From an uncultured Thermoleophilaceae bacterium (GTDB lineage Bacteria > Actinomycetota > Thermoleophilia > Solirubrobacterales > Thermoleophilaceae): a stretch of DNA of 64,000 nucleotides. The notes beneath the pieces were generated by a model that made no database searches, had not been told where the DNA came from, and saw nothing but the letters and a program-made list of their open reading frames with translations. Where the stretch lies: NCBI GenBank assembly GCA_963820315.1, contig CAWFZK010000046.1, forward strand, positions 6,396-70,395, written 5' to 3'. Below are positions 63,440-64,000 of the stretch, piece by piece (the first letter of the stretch is position 1; each line of letters begins with the position of its first letter). The position numbers were made by a program, and so were the translations under genes.

Positions 63440-64000
63440 TACGGGTCCCGCGCGTCGATCGCCTCCAGAACCTCGCGCCGGGTCGGCTGCGAGCTGAAGC
63501 CCGTGAGGCACCACGTCGCACCGGCCTCGATCCAGGGTCCCGGGTCGGTGCCCGGCGGGTTCTCGACGACCACCTCGAACGCGCCGGCGTCCGGCTCGCG
63601 CAGCTCCCGGACCTGTGCCACCACGGCCTCGAGCGCGTCGGGCTCCGGCATATCGATCGGGAAGACGCCGTCCCAGCGCGCCGCTCGGCGCAGCGGCCGG
63701 CGGTTCGGCCACACGGCGGCCGCCCAGACGGGAATGCGCGGCTGCTGCACGGGCCGTGGCTCGAACTCGCCCGCCCAGTAGGCGCCGAGGCGCTCGAGGC
63801 CGTCGTCGAGCAGGCGCGCCCGCTCGCGGGCGTCGCCCTCCTCGCCGAAGCGCTCAGGGTCGAACTCGCCCGTACGCCCGCTGCCGATGCCGACGCCCAG
63901 CACGAGCCGGCCGCCCGAGAGCCGGTCGAGGGTGGTCGTCTCGCGCGCGAGCTGGTGCGGGCGCCGCCGCGGCAGTGGCGTGACGAGCGGCCCGATCGTC
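63439..64000 (-). CDS. LLM-class (luciferase-like, probably F420-dependent) oxidoreductase, C-terminal part (continues beyond window end)
   Basis: ORF 63439-63903 extends in frame upstream to the window edge (TIGPLVTPLPRRRPHQLARETTTLDRLSGGRLVLGVGIGSG), typical of the LLM family. Confidence 0.75.
   Translation of the reverse strand, partial: TIGPLVTPLPRRRPHQLARETTTLDRLSGGRLVLGVGIGSGRTGEFDPERFGEEGDARERARLLDDGLERLGAYWAGEFEPRPVQQPRIPVWAAAVWPNRRPLRRAARWDGVFPIDMPEPDALEAVVAQVRELREPDAGAFEVVVENPPGTDPGPWIEAGATWCLTGFSSQPTRREVLEAIDARDP

Noticed and set aside
1-64000. CRISPR arrays, rRNA genes, prophage or IS elements
   Set aside because: I scanned both strands. There are no regularly spaced direct repeats, no rRNA-like conserved segments, and no transposase, integrase, capsid or terminase-like ORFs.

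Overview
Very GC-rich chromosomal segment (roughly 70% by eye, with strong G/C third-position bias). Gene content and style fit a high-GC Actinomycetota genome. A Thermoleophilia/Conexibacter-like source is only my guess. I support about 68 protein-coding genes. They are tightly packed, with many 1-14 nt start/stop overlaps. There is one tRNA-Ser(GGA). I recognise no rRNA, CRISPR, transposase, integrase or phage genes. Most long Arg/Gly/Pro-rich ORFs in the track are antisense shadows of real genes. Functional blocks in order: ppc 5' fragment; divergent MFS/MocR pair; typA; adenine deaminase; small envelope and secreted proteins; an MBOAT plus three SGNH O-acyl-transfer cluster next to a triple-repeat Cys-containing secreted protein; a gamma-glutamyl polyamine catabolic cluster (permease, GS-like, two PuuD-like amidases, ALDH, SDR, GATase); FGGY kinase; K+/H+ antiporter; a choline-kinase-like plus dimethylglycine-dehydrogenase-like pair; LysR and GntR regulators; ECF sigma/anti-sigma; tRNA-Ser; SARP plus tandem-USP; a Ser/Thr kinase fused to a beta-propeller and a periplasmic binding domain; epoxide hydrolase; LAL-type LuxR; lactate permease; a two-subunit flavoprotein; phenylalanine hydroxylase plus Lrp; and a tightly coupled six-gene minus-strand operon (LLM oxidoreductase, HipA-like kinase, DUF3037, Ada-like/Ogt, YcaQ/AlkZ-like glycosylase, amine oxidase). 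Most notable observations: (i) the HipA-like kinase/DUF3037 pair is embedded in a DNA-alkylation-repair operon. (ii) There are at least ten reading-frame breaks, seven or eight of them clustered at 37.3-45.8 kb around the tRNA, which means either real gene decay or local assembly error. (iii) A 23-32 nt motif is present three times, two copies forming an inverted pair between the convergent puuD paralogs. (iv) Two genes have conserved N-termini that precede any canonical start codon, and each has an SD-like purine-rich run upstream of an ATC codon. All family assignments come from reading the translations by eye. No database search was run.
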